Source: Anaeramoeba ignava BMAN (Eukaryota > Protista > Anaeramoebae). From it: a stretch of DNA of 64,000 nt. Where the stretch lies: NCBI GenBank assembly GCA_028826165.1, contig JAPDFW010000056.1, positions 124,001-188,000 on the forward strand, given 5' to 3'. Shown here piece after piece: positions 10,997-29,834 of the stretch (within the stretch, counting starts at the first letter, position 1; each line of letters opens with the position of its first letter). The notes below the pieces were generated by a model. That model searched no databases. It was not told where the DNA came from and saw only the letters and a list, made by a program, of their open reading frames with translations. The position numbers and the translations under genes are program-made.

Positions 10997-13900
10997 ATGG
11001 CAAATATTTTACCAACACTTGAAATTCAATCAGATGATTCAGATAATACAGAAAATCCAGAAAATTTAGAAACAAAACCTTGGTTAAATTTGGTTTCAAT
11101 TAATGTAGATCGTCAACCAGTGAAATTTAATGAAGAAAGACCTTGTAAATATAAATATAAATATAAATATAAATATAAATATAAATATAAATATAAATAT
11201 AAATATAAATATAAATATAAATATAATTATAAATATAATTATAAATATAAATATAAATATAAATATAAATATAAATATAAATATAAATATAAATATAAAT
11301 ATAAATATAAATATAAATATAAATATAAATATAAATATAAATATAAATATAAATATAAATATAAATATAAATATAAATATAAATATAAATATAAATAAAT
11401 ATAAATATAAATATAAATATAAATATAAATATTATAAATATAAACATAAATATAAATATAAATATAAATATAATTATAAAATATAAATCAAAATATAAAT
11501 ATAATTATGAATATAAATATAAATATAATTATAAATATAAATATAAATATAAAATAAATATAAATATAAATATAAATATAAATATAAATATAAATATCAA
11601 TATAAATATAAATATAAATATATAAATATAAATATAATTATAAATATAATTATAAATATAAATATAAATATAAATATAAAATATAAATATAAATCAAAAT
11701 ATAAATATAATTATGAATATAAAAATATAAATATAAATATAAATATAAATATAAATATAAATATAAATATAAATATAAATATAAATATAAATATAAATAT
11801 AAATATAAATATAAATATAAATATAAATATAAATATAAATATAAATATAAATATAAATATAAATATAAATATAAAATATAAAATATAAAAATATAAATAT
11901 AAATATAAATATAAATATAAATATAAATATAAATATAAATATAAATATAATTATAATTATAAATATAAATATAAATATAAATATTTTTTTCTTTTTAATT
12001 TTATTAGATACAATTGGTAGATCTCCAGATAATTTACTTAAAATTAATGACCCATCAGTTAGTCGTTATCATTGCAGTATTTTTAAGAAAATTAGTTCAT
12101 CAAATGAAAAAGGATTTACTGTTGGAATCAAAGATTTTTCAACTCATGGAACTTTTGTCAATAATAAAGTTTATATTTTAATTTATATTTTAATTTATAT
12201 TTTAATTTATATTTTAATTTATATTTTAATTTATATTTTAATTTATATTTTAATTTATATTTTAATTTATATTTTAATTTATATTTTAATTTATATTTTT
12301 ATTTATATTTTAATAGATAATTGGTAAAAATAATCAAACTATTTTAATTCCAAATGATACAATCCGAATAGCAAATATAGCAGAATTTCTTTTTATTGAT
12401 AATAAACCTGTTGAAAATAATACCGATAAAGTAATTTTAAAAATTCCAAATTCGAAAATTTTAAAAATTTTAAAAATTTTAAAAATTCCATTTTCTTTTT
12501 ATTAAATTAATTTTTATCCAATTTTTGATTTAATTAAATTTAGTGCGAAATTTTTGATCATTACGATATTCGAGATACCATAGGATCGTAAAAATATTAA
12601 ATATATAAAAATATTGTGAATTTGGAATATAATCTAAAAGGAAATATTGAAAATTTAAATTTAAATTTAAATTTAAATTAATTTTATTTTAGTGGTCAAT
12701 TCGCAACAGTTAAAGTAGCTTATGAAAAAACAAAAGGTGATAAATATGCTGTTAAAATTATTGATAAAGCTAAGTTTATTGGTCCATTAGTAATTTTTCA
12801 TATTGAAAAAAAAATATATATAGAAATGAAAAATTAATAAGAATTACAAATTATTTGGTTTTTGTTTTTTTTGAATTATATTAATAGAGTAGTTTGAATT
12901 CTTCTGAAAAATTAATGATTGAAATTGAATTATTGAAGAAAATTGAACATCCAAATATTGTTTCTATTAAGGATTTTTATGAATCTAAAAGATTTCTTTA
13001 TATTGTTCTTGAATTGTATTTAATAAAATATTCAAAAATAATATTAAATAATAAAATATTCAAAATAATTTAATAAAATATTCAAAATAATTTAATAAAA
13101 TATTCAAAAATAATATTAAATAATAAAATATTCAAAAATAACATTAAATAATAATATATTCAAAATAATATTAAATAATAAAATATTCAAAATAATATTA
13201 AATAATAAAATATTCAAAATAATTTAATAAAATATTCAAAAAATAATATTAAATAATAAAATATTCAAAATAATATTATATTCAAAAATAATTTAATAAA
13301 ATATTCAAAAATAATATTAAATAATAAAATATTCAAAAATAATATTAAATAATAAAATATTCAAAATAATTTAATAAAATATTCAAAATAATTTAATAAT
13401 AAAATATTCAAAATAATAATTTAATAATATAATATCCAAAATAATAATTTAATAATAAAATATTCAAAATAATTTAATAATAAAATATTCAAAAATAATA
13501 TTAAATAATAAAATATTCAAAATAATTTAATAAAATATTCAAAAATAATAAAATATTCAAAATAATATTAAATAATAAAATATTCAAAAATAATATTAAA
13601 TAATAAAATATTCAAAATAATATTAAATAATAAAATATTCAAAATAATATTAAATAATAAAATATTCAAAATAATATTAAATAATAAAATATTCAAAATA
13701 ATAATATATTCAAATATTCAAAAATAATTTAATAAAATATTCAAAATAATATTAAATAATCAAATATTCAAAATAATATTAAATAATAATATATTCAAAT
13801 ATTCAAAATAATAAAATATTCAAAATAATTTAATAAAATATTCAAAATAATATTAAATAATAATATATTCAAAATAATATTAAATAATCAAATATTCAAA

Positions 13901-16704
13901 AATAATATTAAATAATAAAATATTCAAAATAATATTAAATATTCAAAATAATATTAATTTAATAAAATATAAAATATTTAGGATGTCAGGAGGAGATTTA
14001 CTAAAGAGAGTTAATGATAAAGATAAGTATACTGAAAATGAAGCAAAAATAGTTATGAAACAATTATTAAATGTTATCGAATATTTACATTCAAAAAAAA
14101 TTGCACATAGAGATTTAAAGGTATATTTTTTAAAAGCAAATTTAAAAAAGAAGTTTTATTGTTATTAAATTTTGAATAAATTTCAAAACAATTAAAGCTT
14201 GAGAATATTTTAATGGCTAGTAAAAATGATGATACTACAATTAAAGTTACTGATTTTGGAGTATCAAGAATAATTGGAGAAAAAGGATTAATGTCAACTC
14301 TTGCTGGAACTCCTCATTATACTGCACCTGAAATATTTAAACATGCATATGAAAAAGGATATGGATTAGAATGTGATTATTGGTCTTGTGGAGTGATTTT
14401 ATATATTTTGTAATCTATTTAAATTTAATTAATTTAAAAATAAATAATTTAAAAATAATTAATTTAAAAATAATCAATCCAAAAATAATTAATTTAAAAA
14501 TAATTAATCTAAAAACAATCAACCCAAAAATAATCAACCTAAAAATAATTAATCTAAAAATAATTAATTCAAAAATAAATAATCTAAAAATAATTAATTT
14601 AAAAATAATCAATCTAAAAATAAATAATTTAAAAATAAATAATCTAAAAATAATTAATCTAAAAATAATTAATTTAAAAATAATCAATTTAAATATAATC
14701 AATCTAAAAACAATTAATTTAAAAATAATCAATTTAAATATAATCAATCTAAAAACAATTAATTTAAAAATAATTAATCTAAAAATGATTAATTCAAAAA
14801 TAATTAATTTAAAAATAAATAATTTAAAAATAATTAATTTAAAAATAATTAATTTAAAAATAATTAATTTAAAAATAAATAATCCAAAAATAATTAATCC
14901 AAAAATAAATAATCCAAAAATAATTAATCTAAAAATAATCAATTTAAAAATAATTAATCTAAAAATAATTAATCTAAAAATAAATAATTTAAAAATAAAT
15001 AATCTAAAAATAATTAATCTAAAAATAATCTAAAAATAAATAATTTAAAAATAAATAATTTAAAAATAAATAATCTAAAAATAAATAATTTAAAAATAAA
15101 TAATTTAAAAATAAATAATTTAAAAATAATTAATTTAAAAATAATTAATCTAAAAATAATTAATCTAAAAATAATTAATTTAAAAATAATCCAAAAATAA
15201 TCAATTTAAATATAATAATCTAAAAATAATTAATCTAAAAATAATTTAAAAATAATCCAAAAATAATTAATCTAAAAATGATTAATTTAAAAATAAATAA
15301 TCTAAAAAAAATTAATCTAAAAAAATTAATTTAAAAATAAATAATTTAAAAATAATTTAAAAATAAATAATTTAAAAATAATTTAAAAATAAATAATCTA
15401 AAAATAAATAATCTAAAAATAATTAATTTAAAAAAATAATTTAAAAATAAATAATTTAAAAATAATTAATTTAAAAATAATTAATCTAAAAACAATCAAC
15501 CCAAAAATAATCAACCTAAAAAATAATCAACCTAAAAATAAATAATTTAAAAATAAATAATCTAAAAATAATTAATTTAAAAATAAATAATTTAAAAATA
15601 ATTAATTTAAAAATAAATAATCTAAAAATAATTAATTTAAAAATAATTAATTTAAAAATAAATAATCTAAAAATAATCAATTTAAATATAATCAATTTAA
15701 ATATAATCAATCTAAAAATAAATAATCTAAAAATAATTAATCTAAAAATAATTAATCTAAAAATAATCTAAAAATAAATAATTTAAAAATAAATAATTTA
15801 AAAATAAATAATCTAAAAATAATCTAAAAATAATCCAAAAATAATTAATCTAAAAATAATTAATTTAAATAGAGTTTCTGGAATTATGCCTTTTTGTGAA
15901 GAAAATGAAAAACATTTAGTTCAAAAAATTACAGATGGTGATTTAAAATTTTCAAAAAACTTCGAGGGTGTTTCTAAAGAAGGTTTATTGATTAATTAAT
16001 AATATTCATTTCAAAAAAAAAATGAAAGAAAGAATCAATTTATAAAAATTTATATTTTTCAATTCTTTTCATTTATTTAGCAATTGATTTAATTAAAAAA
16101 TTTTTAACTGTTGATCCAACAAAGAGAATTACACCATATGAAGCATTAAAACATCCTTGGTTTAAAGAATCAAATCAAGAAAAAAAAGAAAATCAAAAAA
16201 AAGAATCAAATCAAAATCAAGAAGAAAAAAAAGAAAATCAAGAGAAAACTGAATCAATAACTCAATCAATAAGTGAACCAATAACATTAGAAAAAGAAAA
16301 TGAAGATAAATCAAAATCAAAATCAAAATCAAAATCAAAATCAAAATCAAAATCAAAATCAAAATCAAAATCAAAATCAAAATCAAAATCAAAATCAAAT
16401 TCAAAATCAAATTCAAATTCAAAATCAAATTCAAATTCAAAATCAAAATCAAAATCAAATTCAAAATCAAAATCAAATTCAGAAAATGAAAATTCAAATT
16501 CAGATTCAGAAAATAAAAAGAGAAAAAAAGAAAAAAAGAAAAAAAGAAAAAGTTCAAGAAAAAGAAAAGAAAAACAAAAATAAATCAAATTCTGATCAAA
16601 CAAAAGAAAAAAAAAAGAAAACAAAAAAACCAATAAAAAGACTAAAAAGAAGAAGTACATCAAGATATAAACTTAGAAAATCATATCCAAGTAGTTCAGA
16701 TTAA
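10997..16704 (+). CDS. FHA-domain Ser/Thr kinase (Chk2/Rad53/Dun1-like, CAMK group), 10 exons, low-complexity SK tail
   Basis: Spliced translation gives an FHA domain (YTIGRSP...SVSRYHC...[10 protein letters not shown]) and a kinase (IGSGQFATV, YAVKII, HRDLK|[26 protein letters not shown]). The C-terminus is uncertain: there is an in-frame TAA near 16581, while the +1 frame runs to 16704. Confidence 0.92.
11145..11985. repeat. Intronic (ATAAAT)n
   Basis: The first unit is the donor GTAAAT. Confidence 0.97.
12169..12312. repeat. Intronic (ATTTATATTTTA)n, 12 copies
   Basis: The first unit is the donor GTTTATATTTTA. Confidence 0.97.
13016..13975. repeat. Intronic minisatellite built on AATAATAAAATATTCAAAATAATATTA
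   Basis: Fills kinase intron 6. Confidence 0.93.
14415..15870. repeat. Intronic 15-bp repeat (AAAATAATTAATYTA)n
   Basis: Fills kinase intron 8; source of the spurious KIINL ORFs. Confidence 0.95.
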
Positions 16705-16883
16705 ATTAATAAAATAAAAATAAATTAATAATAATAGAAAAAAGGAGAAAAAAAAATTTTTTTAAAGAAGGAAAATTTGACACTTTTTTTTCAAATAAAA
16801 AAAGCAAAAAAAAAATAAAATTGAAAAATTATTTTTTCATTTTTTTCTTTTTCATTTTTTTTTTGCTTTTAAAAAAATTAAAA

Positions 16884-19800
16884 ATGTCTTATATATGGCA
16901 ACAAACAGAAAAAATTGGAGTTGGAAGATTTAGATTTAAATCCACAAACGAAACACATCTTGAAATTGATCTTGGAGACAGATTATTAATAAGAGAAGAA
17001 TATCCAAATTGGTTTCGAGGAAAAAACATTTCTACGAATAAAATAGGGATTTTCCCACAAAATTGTGTAGTAATTGTTGATGAAGAAATGGGGAAAAATT
17101 TATTAACAACTGAAAAACCAGAATTCAATCCAATTCTTGAAGCAAATGAAATTATAATTGAAACTAACTATGCAATTCGATATTTTCGCTCTTTATTGGA
17201 TAATCTCTGCAATCAACGCAATTTTCGCAAGTTTGATGAGCTAAAAATATCGATATTTACTTTGATGCAACTTCAACATTCATTTGCTAATTGTTTTGAT
17301 ACTTCCAAAAATAAAGAAAATAAACAAAGAGTAAACACTTTAGATATTGGGACTGAATCGAACAGAACAAAAGTCAAAGAAATGGAATATTTAAAGAAGA
17401 AGATGATTTCAACAATTGATTCAGCAAGAAAGAAGCTTGAACTTCCAACGATTCCTCGTGATAAAAACGGGATTGCTTTGAATGAAAATAATACGGATTT
17501 TATTACGCTTTTTGAGAGATATTGGGAAGTCAATCCTGTTGCTGATGAAATTAGTCCCCAGGGAGACCAGAAATCTCATCTTGCTGTGCAATCGCAAGGT
17601 GAACAGGAAGACTTGAATCAGAATACTCAGATACTTATGGATTTTGATACTGCAATTGTTCAAATTGGCAGTCCTGCTGAAGTTCAGTTTTTTCTTTATA
17701 CTTATAAAAATAATCAAAAGTTAACTGAAAGTTATGTTTTGACTATTGAAAAAGGTGGAATGCATCAAGATATTAATCTTCATGGGAAGTTGAAGACTGT
17801 TTTCAAGAGTAAGAATTTAAAAATGAATTTAAAAATAAATTTAAAAATGAATTTAAAAATGAATTTAAAAATAAATTTAAAAATGAATTTAAAAATGAAT
17901 TTAAAATGAAATTTAAAAATGAATTTATAATGAATTTATAATTAAATTTATAATTAAATTTATAATTAAATTTATAATTAAATTTAAAATGAATTTAAAA
18001 TTAAATTTAAAAATAAATTTAAAAATGAATTTAAAAATAAATTTAAAAATAAATTTAAAATTAAATTTAAAAATAAATTTAAAAATGAATTTATAATGAA
18101 ATTTATAATGAATTTAAAAATGAAATTTAAAAATGAATTTAAAAATAAATTTATAATAAATTTAAAAATGAATTTAAAAATAAATTTAAAAATGAATTTT
18201 ATAATGAAATTTATAATAAAATTTATAATAAAATTTAAAATTAAATTTATAATTAAATTTAAAAATGAATTTATAATTAAATTTAAAAATGAATTTAAAA
18301 TGAAATTTAAAAATGAATTTATAATGAAATTTATAATTAAATTTAAAAATGAAATTTATAATGAATTTAAAAGTGGAATTTATAATTAATTTAAAAATGG
18401 AATTTAAAAATGGAATTTTATAATGAATTTAAAAATGAAATTTATTAATAAATTTAAAAATGAATTTTATAATGAAATTTATAATAAAATTTATAATGAA
18501 ATTTAAAATTAAATTTATAATAAAATTTAAAATGAATTTATAATAAAATTTATAATGAAATTTATAATGAAATTTATAATTAAATTTAAAAATATAAAAC
18601 TCTTTATTAGATATTACATACAATGATATTCTTTCCGAACTTTATCTTGTTTGTAGAATTCTAAGAGTAGGACCTATGCTTATTGATGAAAAATCAATGA
18701 GAAAACATGAGAAAAAAGCACCACGCATTTATCGAAGACCATTTGGATGTGGGATATTAAGATTATCAAAACCATTCCTTCAAAGCATACAAAAGAAACC
18801 AAGAAATCAATCGATGGAAATTTACACATCAACATCTGAATTTAATTTCAGCAGACTTCATAAAATGGCGATTGAAAACGATACAAATGCAACTTGTTTA
18901 CAAAATTCTAGTGTGAAAATATTCCTTCAATTTTTTGTTGGAGATTATGAAGAAATTATACGCGCAGAAGAAAGTGAGAATTTTGAAGCAAATCTAGAAA
19001 ATAACGAATCAATCACAAGAATATCAGGATTCGGGACATGCGAAAAAATGCAATTTCCAGATATTGTTCTTCCTTCTTATGTTCGAAATGATTTTTACAT
19101 CACAGTTTATGGTGGAGAATTTCTTCAGGATCGCAAAAGAAGTGCGAAAAATATGCAATTGATGATGTGTGTGAGACGCAATGATTTTCGGTTTGAAGAT
19201 GAAATTGTCCCGAATTGTCTTTCTTTTGGAGGCGCTTCAGAAAAATTTTCTCGGTACATTAGCTATGTTTATTATCATAAAAACAACCCTGTTTGGGATG
19301 AGACTATCAAGATTGAACTTCCTACAGAGGAATATGAACAATGTCATCTTTATATTGAAGCAATTCATGCAACTACAAATGAGAAAAAGGAAAATAAACC
19401 TTTTGCTTTTGTTTTTGTTCCTCTTGTTACTTCTGAGCAAGCAATGATTTCTCAAGGTGATAAAAGTATCACTACTTATAAATTTCAGAAAAAGTTTTAT
19501 CAAGAAGATCCGAGATTTTATCTTCGGGAAACTGGGGATGATTTAAGGTTTATCAAGAATATTTAATTTAAAATATTTAATTTAATTAAAAATATTTAAT
19601 TCAAAATATTTAATTCAATTTAAAATATTTAATTTAAAATATTTAATTCAATTTAAAATATTTAATTCAAAATATTTAATTTAATTCAAAATATTTAATT
19701 TAATTTAAAATATTTAATTCAATTCAAAATATTTAATCTAATTTAAAATATTTAATTCAAAATATTTAATTTAAAATATTTAATTCAATTTAAAATATTT

Positions 19801-22800
19801 AATTTAAGAATATTTAATTTAATCCAAAATATTTAAACAAAATATTTAATTTAATTCAAAATATTTAATCCAAAATATTTAATTTAATTTAAAATATTTA
19901 ATTTAATTCAAAATATTTAATTTAAAATATTTAATCTAATTTAAAATATTTAATTTAAAATATTTAATTCAAAATATTTAATTTATTTAAAATATTTAAT
20001 TTAATTCAAAAATATTTAATTTTATTTAAAATATTTAATTTAATTCAAAAATATTTAATTTAATTCAAAAATATAAAAATATTGCTATTCAGCAAAAAAG
20101 CAAAATTGATTCCTAGAAAAGAATCAACCCATTTAAAAATCAATCTATGCTCTACACAACTAACTCAAGACGCAAACATAACAGCACTTCTTAAATGGAA
20201 AGACTCATCAGAAACATTGGGACAAATCTTAAAAGGAATAACATTTTCACCACCAGATGAAACAATCAAATTCATGCGAGAAATCCTGGATAAACTATTC
20301 ACAATTCTGGGAAGCGAACCAGCACCAAAGGAAAGCACACAAGAAGCAGTGCACGAAGCAATAGGATTCGTTGTTGGAATGATTAACGATAAAAGATTCA
20401 AAATGTTCACACCAATTTTAGTGGATTACATCAAAAATAGATTTGGAGAGGAATCGGCAGACACAACAACAGCACAAAAACCGTCTGAACAACTTATTGC
20501 AAGTCTGTCTCGTGTTCACATGCCAATTGTGACAGTCCTCAAAAAACAACTAAAGGGGATCGAACTTTATGAACGAAAAATATTATTGAATTCAATGAGA
20601 TCAATTGATTTTGCATTTCGGTTCATTGTGGCATCGTATCTCCTCAAACTGAGAATCGAAGGCAAAACTATTAACAAAAGCAGCGAGTTCGCGAGTGATG
20701 CCGCTCAGATCCTCGAGCAGATCATGGAGCTGATGTCCCGAAAAACACCCATTTGGATTAACGCAATTCAAGAAATGGCGTTGCGACATTTTCACGCGAT
20801 TATTTCTTCACTGTCCGTTGTTTTTACATCAACCGAGCTGACAGCATACATCATCAAGATCTTTGACTCTGTGCGAAGCGACGGGCCGAAGGGTATGAAT
20901 GTGGCGAAGTTGGAGCTTATAGCGGAGTTGATTCGTCGGGAGTTTGAAAATTTTCTAATTGAAGAATCAACAAGAAAACCGTTGCTTGAATCTTTTATAA
21001 AGCAGATCTCGAGACATTACAGACAATCTGACGAGGAGTTCCAGCTTTGTGCAGAAATTGCACTTGGTCTTGTGAAGCGGTTTTCATTGCAGATCCACGA
21101 CTCAGAGATTCATAACCAAGATGTACTTGTCAAATTTCCCGGACTGATTGTGGAATCACTGCGTTACAATGCCGAATTGGAGGAGTTGCAGATCACAGAA
21201 GCACTTGGAGCGCAAGAGAAACGTCTCCAACAGATTGCGCTTGGGAACATGCAACCGTCGCTTCTTGACATGGAGCCTATCAAGATGATCCACAAAATCA
21301 AATATCGGCGGACAATCACGAAAACATTTTTGACAACCGCACTTTTGGCAGCTTTTCAAGGACTCTCGACAAAGCAGATGGAGAATCTTCTCGCGCATGT
21401 TCGTGCACAAGAGAGCATGGAACCGGACGTGTTTGTGGAGGAGAGTCTAACGCTGTTGCTCGCGCTTCTTCATACGCCACTTTTTGAGAGCTGGGATTCA
21501 TTGACTTTATTAACATACCGCATTTGCTTCAAGACGTTACGGATGATTTTGAGTGTTTTATCAACAACCTCATCAGGCGTTGTTTTCAGCATAAATATTT
21601 GGGAGCGGTTCATAACGGCCGTAATTGATTTTATTAAGCTGCCGTTATTACAACTTGAAAATCATGTTTATTCACAATCCATAAATATTTTCGAATCTTT
21701 CGGCGACATGCGTCTTGGCGCAGCACAACTACTCCGCAAGGCCTGGCGCTTTCTGGGAGACAAGCAGTATTTGTTCCTCTCCTCGAAAACAAAGGAGTTT
21801 CTCGGTCTTGTTCTTCTCGGAAGCGAACCACTGCGCGCTCTTGGACTCGAACTTTATTATTCACTCGTTTTCCAGGAGTTCAAAAGCACTCAGGACTTCA
21901 TCCAGATAGAGCTCAGCACAGTCGATGTGATCTCTCAACTTATTCTCGAGGGAACATACCGCAAATTCAACACCCATTTCCTTTCCTATCTCGAGAAAAC
22001 CATATCAAAAGACCCTCACTTCGGCACAAAAGGTGCTGCTTTTGCAAAACAATTGCACAGGCTACTCGACTACATAACCCAGCTCAACCAGTTCCCTAAC
22101 ACACCGCTTTTCGAGGACGAACGTGCAGAGGCTCTTCTCCAAATTATAGACTACTTCAAGAAGACCAGGAAGATGTATATGTTCTCGAAATACTCCCACT
22201 ATCTCTGTGAGCTTCACGTCAAAAATAAACACTTTATTGAGGCCGCAAACACTCTTATATCAGTCATCGAACAGCTCCCTTGGTCTGATTCTCTTCTCGA
22301 AGACGAAATGAAAGTCGGTCAATTTTACTATCCAAAACATTCTTCTTCTTCAAGAAAAGAACATATTTATATGAATATCGTTGAGCTTTTTGATAAAGGC
22401 AAATATTGGGAAAAGGCGATCCAAATCACAAATATTTTGCGCGACCGTTTCCAAAATGAAACTTTTGAGTTTATCAAACTTGCTGATATTTTGTTGACAA
22501 AATCTGAAATGTATCAGAAAATTATTGATAATGAACGTTTTTTCTCAAGTTATTTTAGAGTCGGTTTTTTTGGCAATGGATTTCTTAATAACTCTTATTT
22601 TCATAATCAAGAGTTCATTTATCGTGGTGGTGAGCTTGAGCAGCTATCTGTTTTTATGGAGAATATAAAGAAGAAGTTTCCTTCTGCTCAAATTGGTTCC
22701 AATGATCCAACTGATGAGATTATCAAAGGTGATGGGATGTATATTCAAGTTGCTACTGTTGTTCCGAGTTGCCAAGAAGAGGTAATATTTTTAAATAATA

Positions 22801-23868
22801 TTTATTTAATATTTATTTAATATTTATAAATAATATTTATTTAATATTTAATATTTAATATTTATTTAATATTTATTTAATATTTATTTAATATTTATTT
22901 AATATTCATTTAATATTTATTTAATATTTATTTAATATTTATTTAATATTCATTTAATATTTAATATTTAATATTTAATATTTAATATTTATTTAATATT
23001 TAATATTTAATATTTAATATTTATTTAATATTTATTTAATATTTATTTAATATTTATTTAATATTTATTTAATATTTATTTAATATTTATTTAATATTTA
23101 ATATTTATTTAATATTTAATATTTATTTAATATTAAATATTTAATATTTAATATTTAATATTTAATATTTTTATTTAATATTTAAAATTTAATATTTAAT
23201 ATTTATTTAATATTTTTAAATAATATTTTTAATATTTATTTTAGATAAACGGAAAGAAAAAAGTTTTAAATCCTTTAATGAGTGAAAGAATCCAAAAATT
23301 CTATCAATTAGATAACATCAACGTTTTTTTATATTCTAAACCATTTAGAAAATCAAAAGAAAAAAGTGATAACGAATTTAAAGATCTGTGGTTGAAAAAC
23401 ACTTACCTTATAACAGATAAATCATTCCCAACAATTAAAAGAAGAACACTTGTAAAGGAAAAAATAATAGTAGAAATATCACCAGTTAAAAACGCAATTA
23501 AAAGTGTTCAAGAAAAAAATCATGAATTGCAAAATTTATTAAAAAAATATCAAGATTCTGATGGATCAAATATTTCCCCATTTTCTATGGCCCTAAATGG
23601 CGTTATAGATGCTGCAGTTAATGGTGGTGTTTTTAAATACAAAGACGCTTTTTTCGAAAATGAATTTGTTCAAAAAAATCAGGATAATTTTTCTCAATCT
23701 CAAATTTTAAAAAAAGCTTTGAAAAAACAACTTATGATTCTTGAATCTGGAATTGGACTTCATGCAAAGATTTGTCCTGATGATTTACGTCCATTCCATG
23801 AAAAAATGGAAACTTTCCTTGTTAAAATGAAGGATATTTTATTACCTTGTCTTCAAGAAAATTTTTAA
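16884..23868 (+). CDS. DOCK-family Rac GEF of DOCK-A/B type (SH3, DHR1/C2, DHR2), 4 exons (16884-17808, 18611-19547, 20093-22781, 23245-23868)
   Basis: N-terminal SH3 (LEIDLGD...WFRG...GIFPQNCV); DHR1 (RNDFYITV...SYVYYHKNNPVWDETIKI); DHR2 (YFRVGFFG...QEFIYRG; LNGVIDAAVNGGVFKY); exon phases compatible. Confidence 0.96.
17812..18590. repeat. Intronic ~12-bp repeat (AAAAATGAATTT)n
   Basis: Fills DOCK intron 1. Confidence 0.93.
19556..20070. repeat. Intronic repeat (AAAATATTTAATTY)n
   Basis: Fills DOCK intron 2. Confidence 0.93.
22790..23240. repeat. Intronic 7/11-bp repeat (AATATTTATTT)n
   Basis: Fills DOCK intron 3. Confidence 0.93.
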
Positions 23869-24135
23869 TTTTCTAATTCAAATTTTTTAATTCAAATTTT
23901 TTTAATTAAAAAAACAAAAAAGAAAATAAAAAAGAAATAAAATTTATTTTTAATTATTATTTTTTATTTAAGAAAATTCATTCAAAAAGAAGAAAAAAGA
24001 AGAAAAAAAGAAGAAAAAAAGAAAGAAGAAGAATAAATCAAAATTAATTTAATAATAATTAATTCAAAATCATAATTAATTATTTATTATTAAATTATTA
24101 TTTTGATTTTATATTTTTTTTTTTCAAATTATAAT

Positions 24136-29758
<5,623 letters not shown>

Positions 29759-29834
29759 TTAAAAAAAAAAAAATTAAATTAAAAATGAAAAATGAAAAAT
29801 TAAAAATAATAATTTTTCTCTTTTTCAAAAGAAA

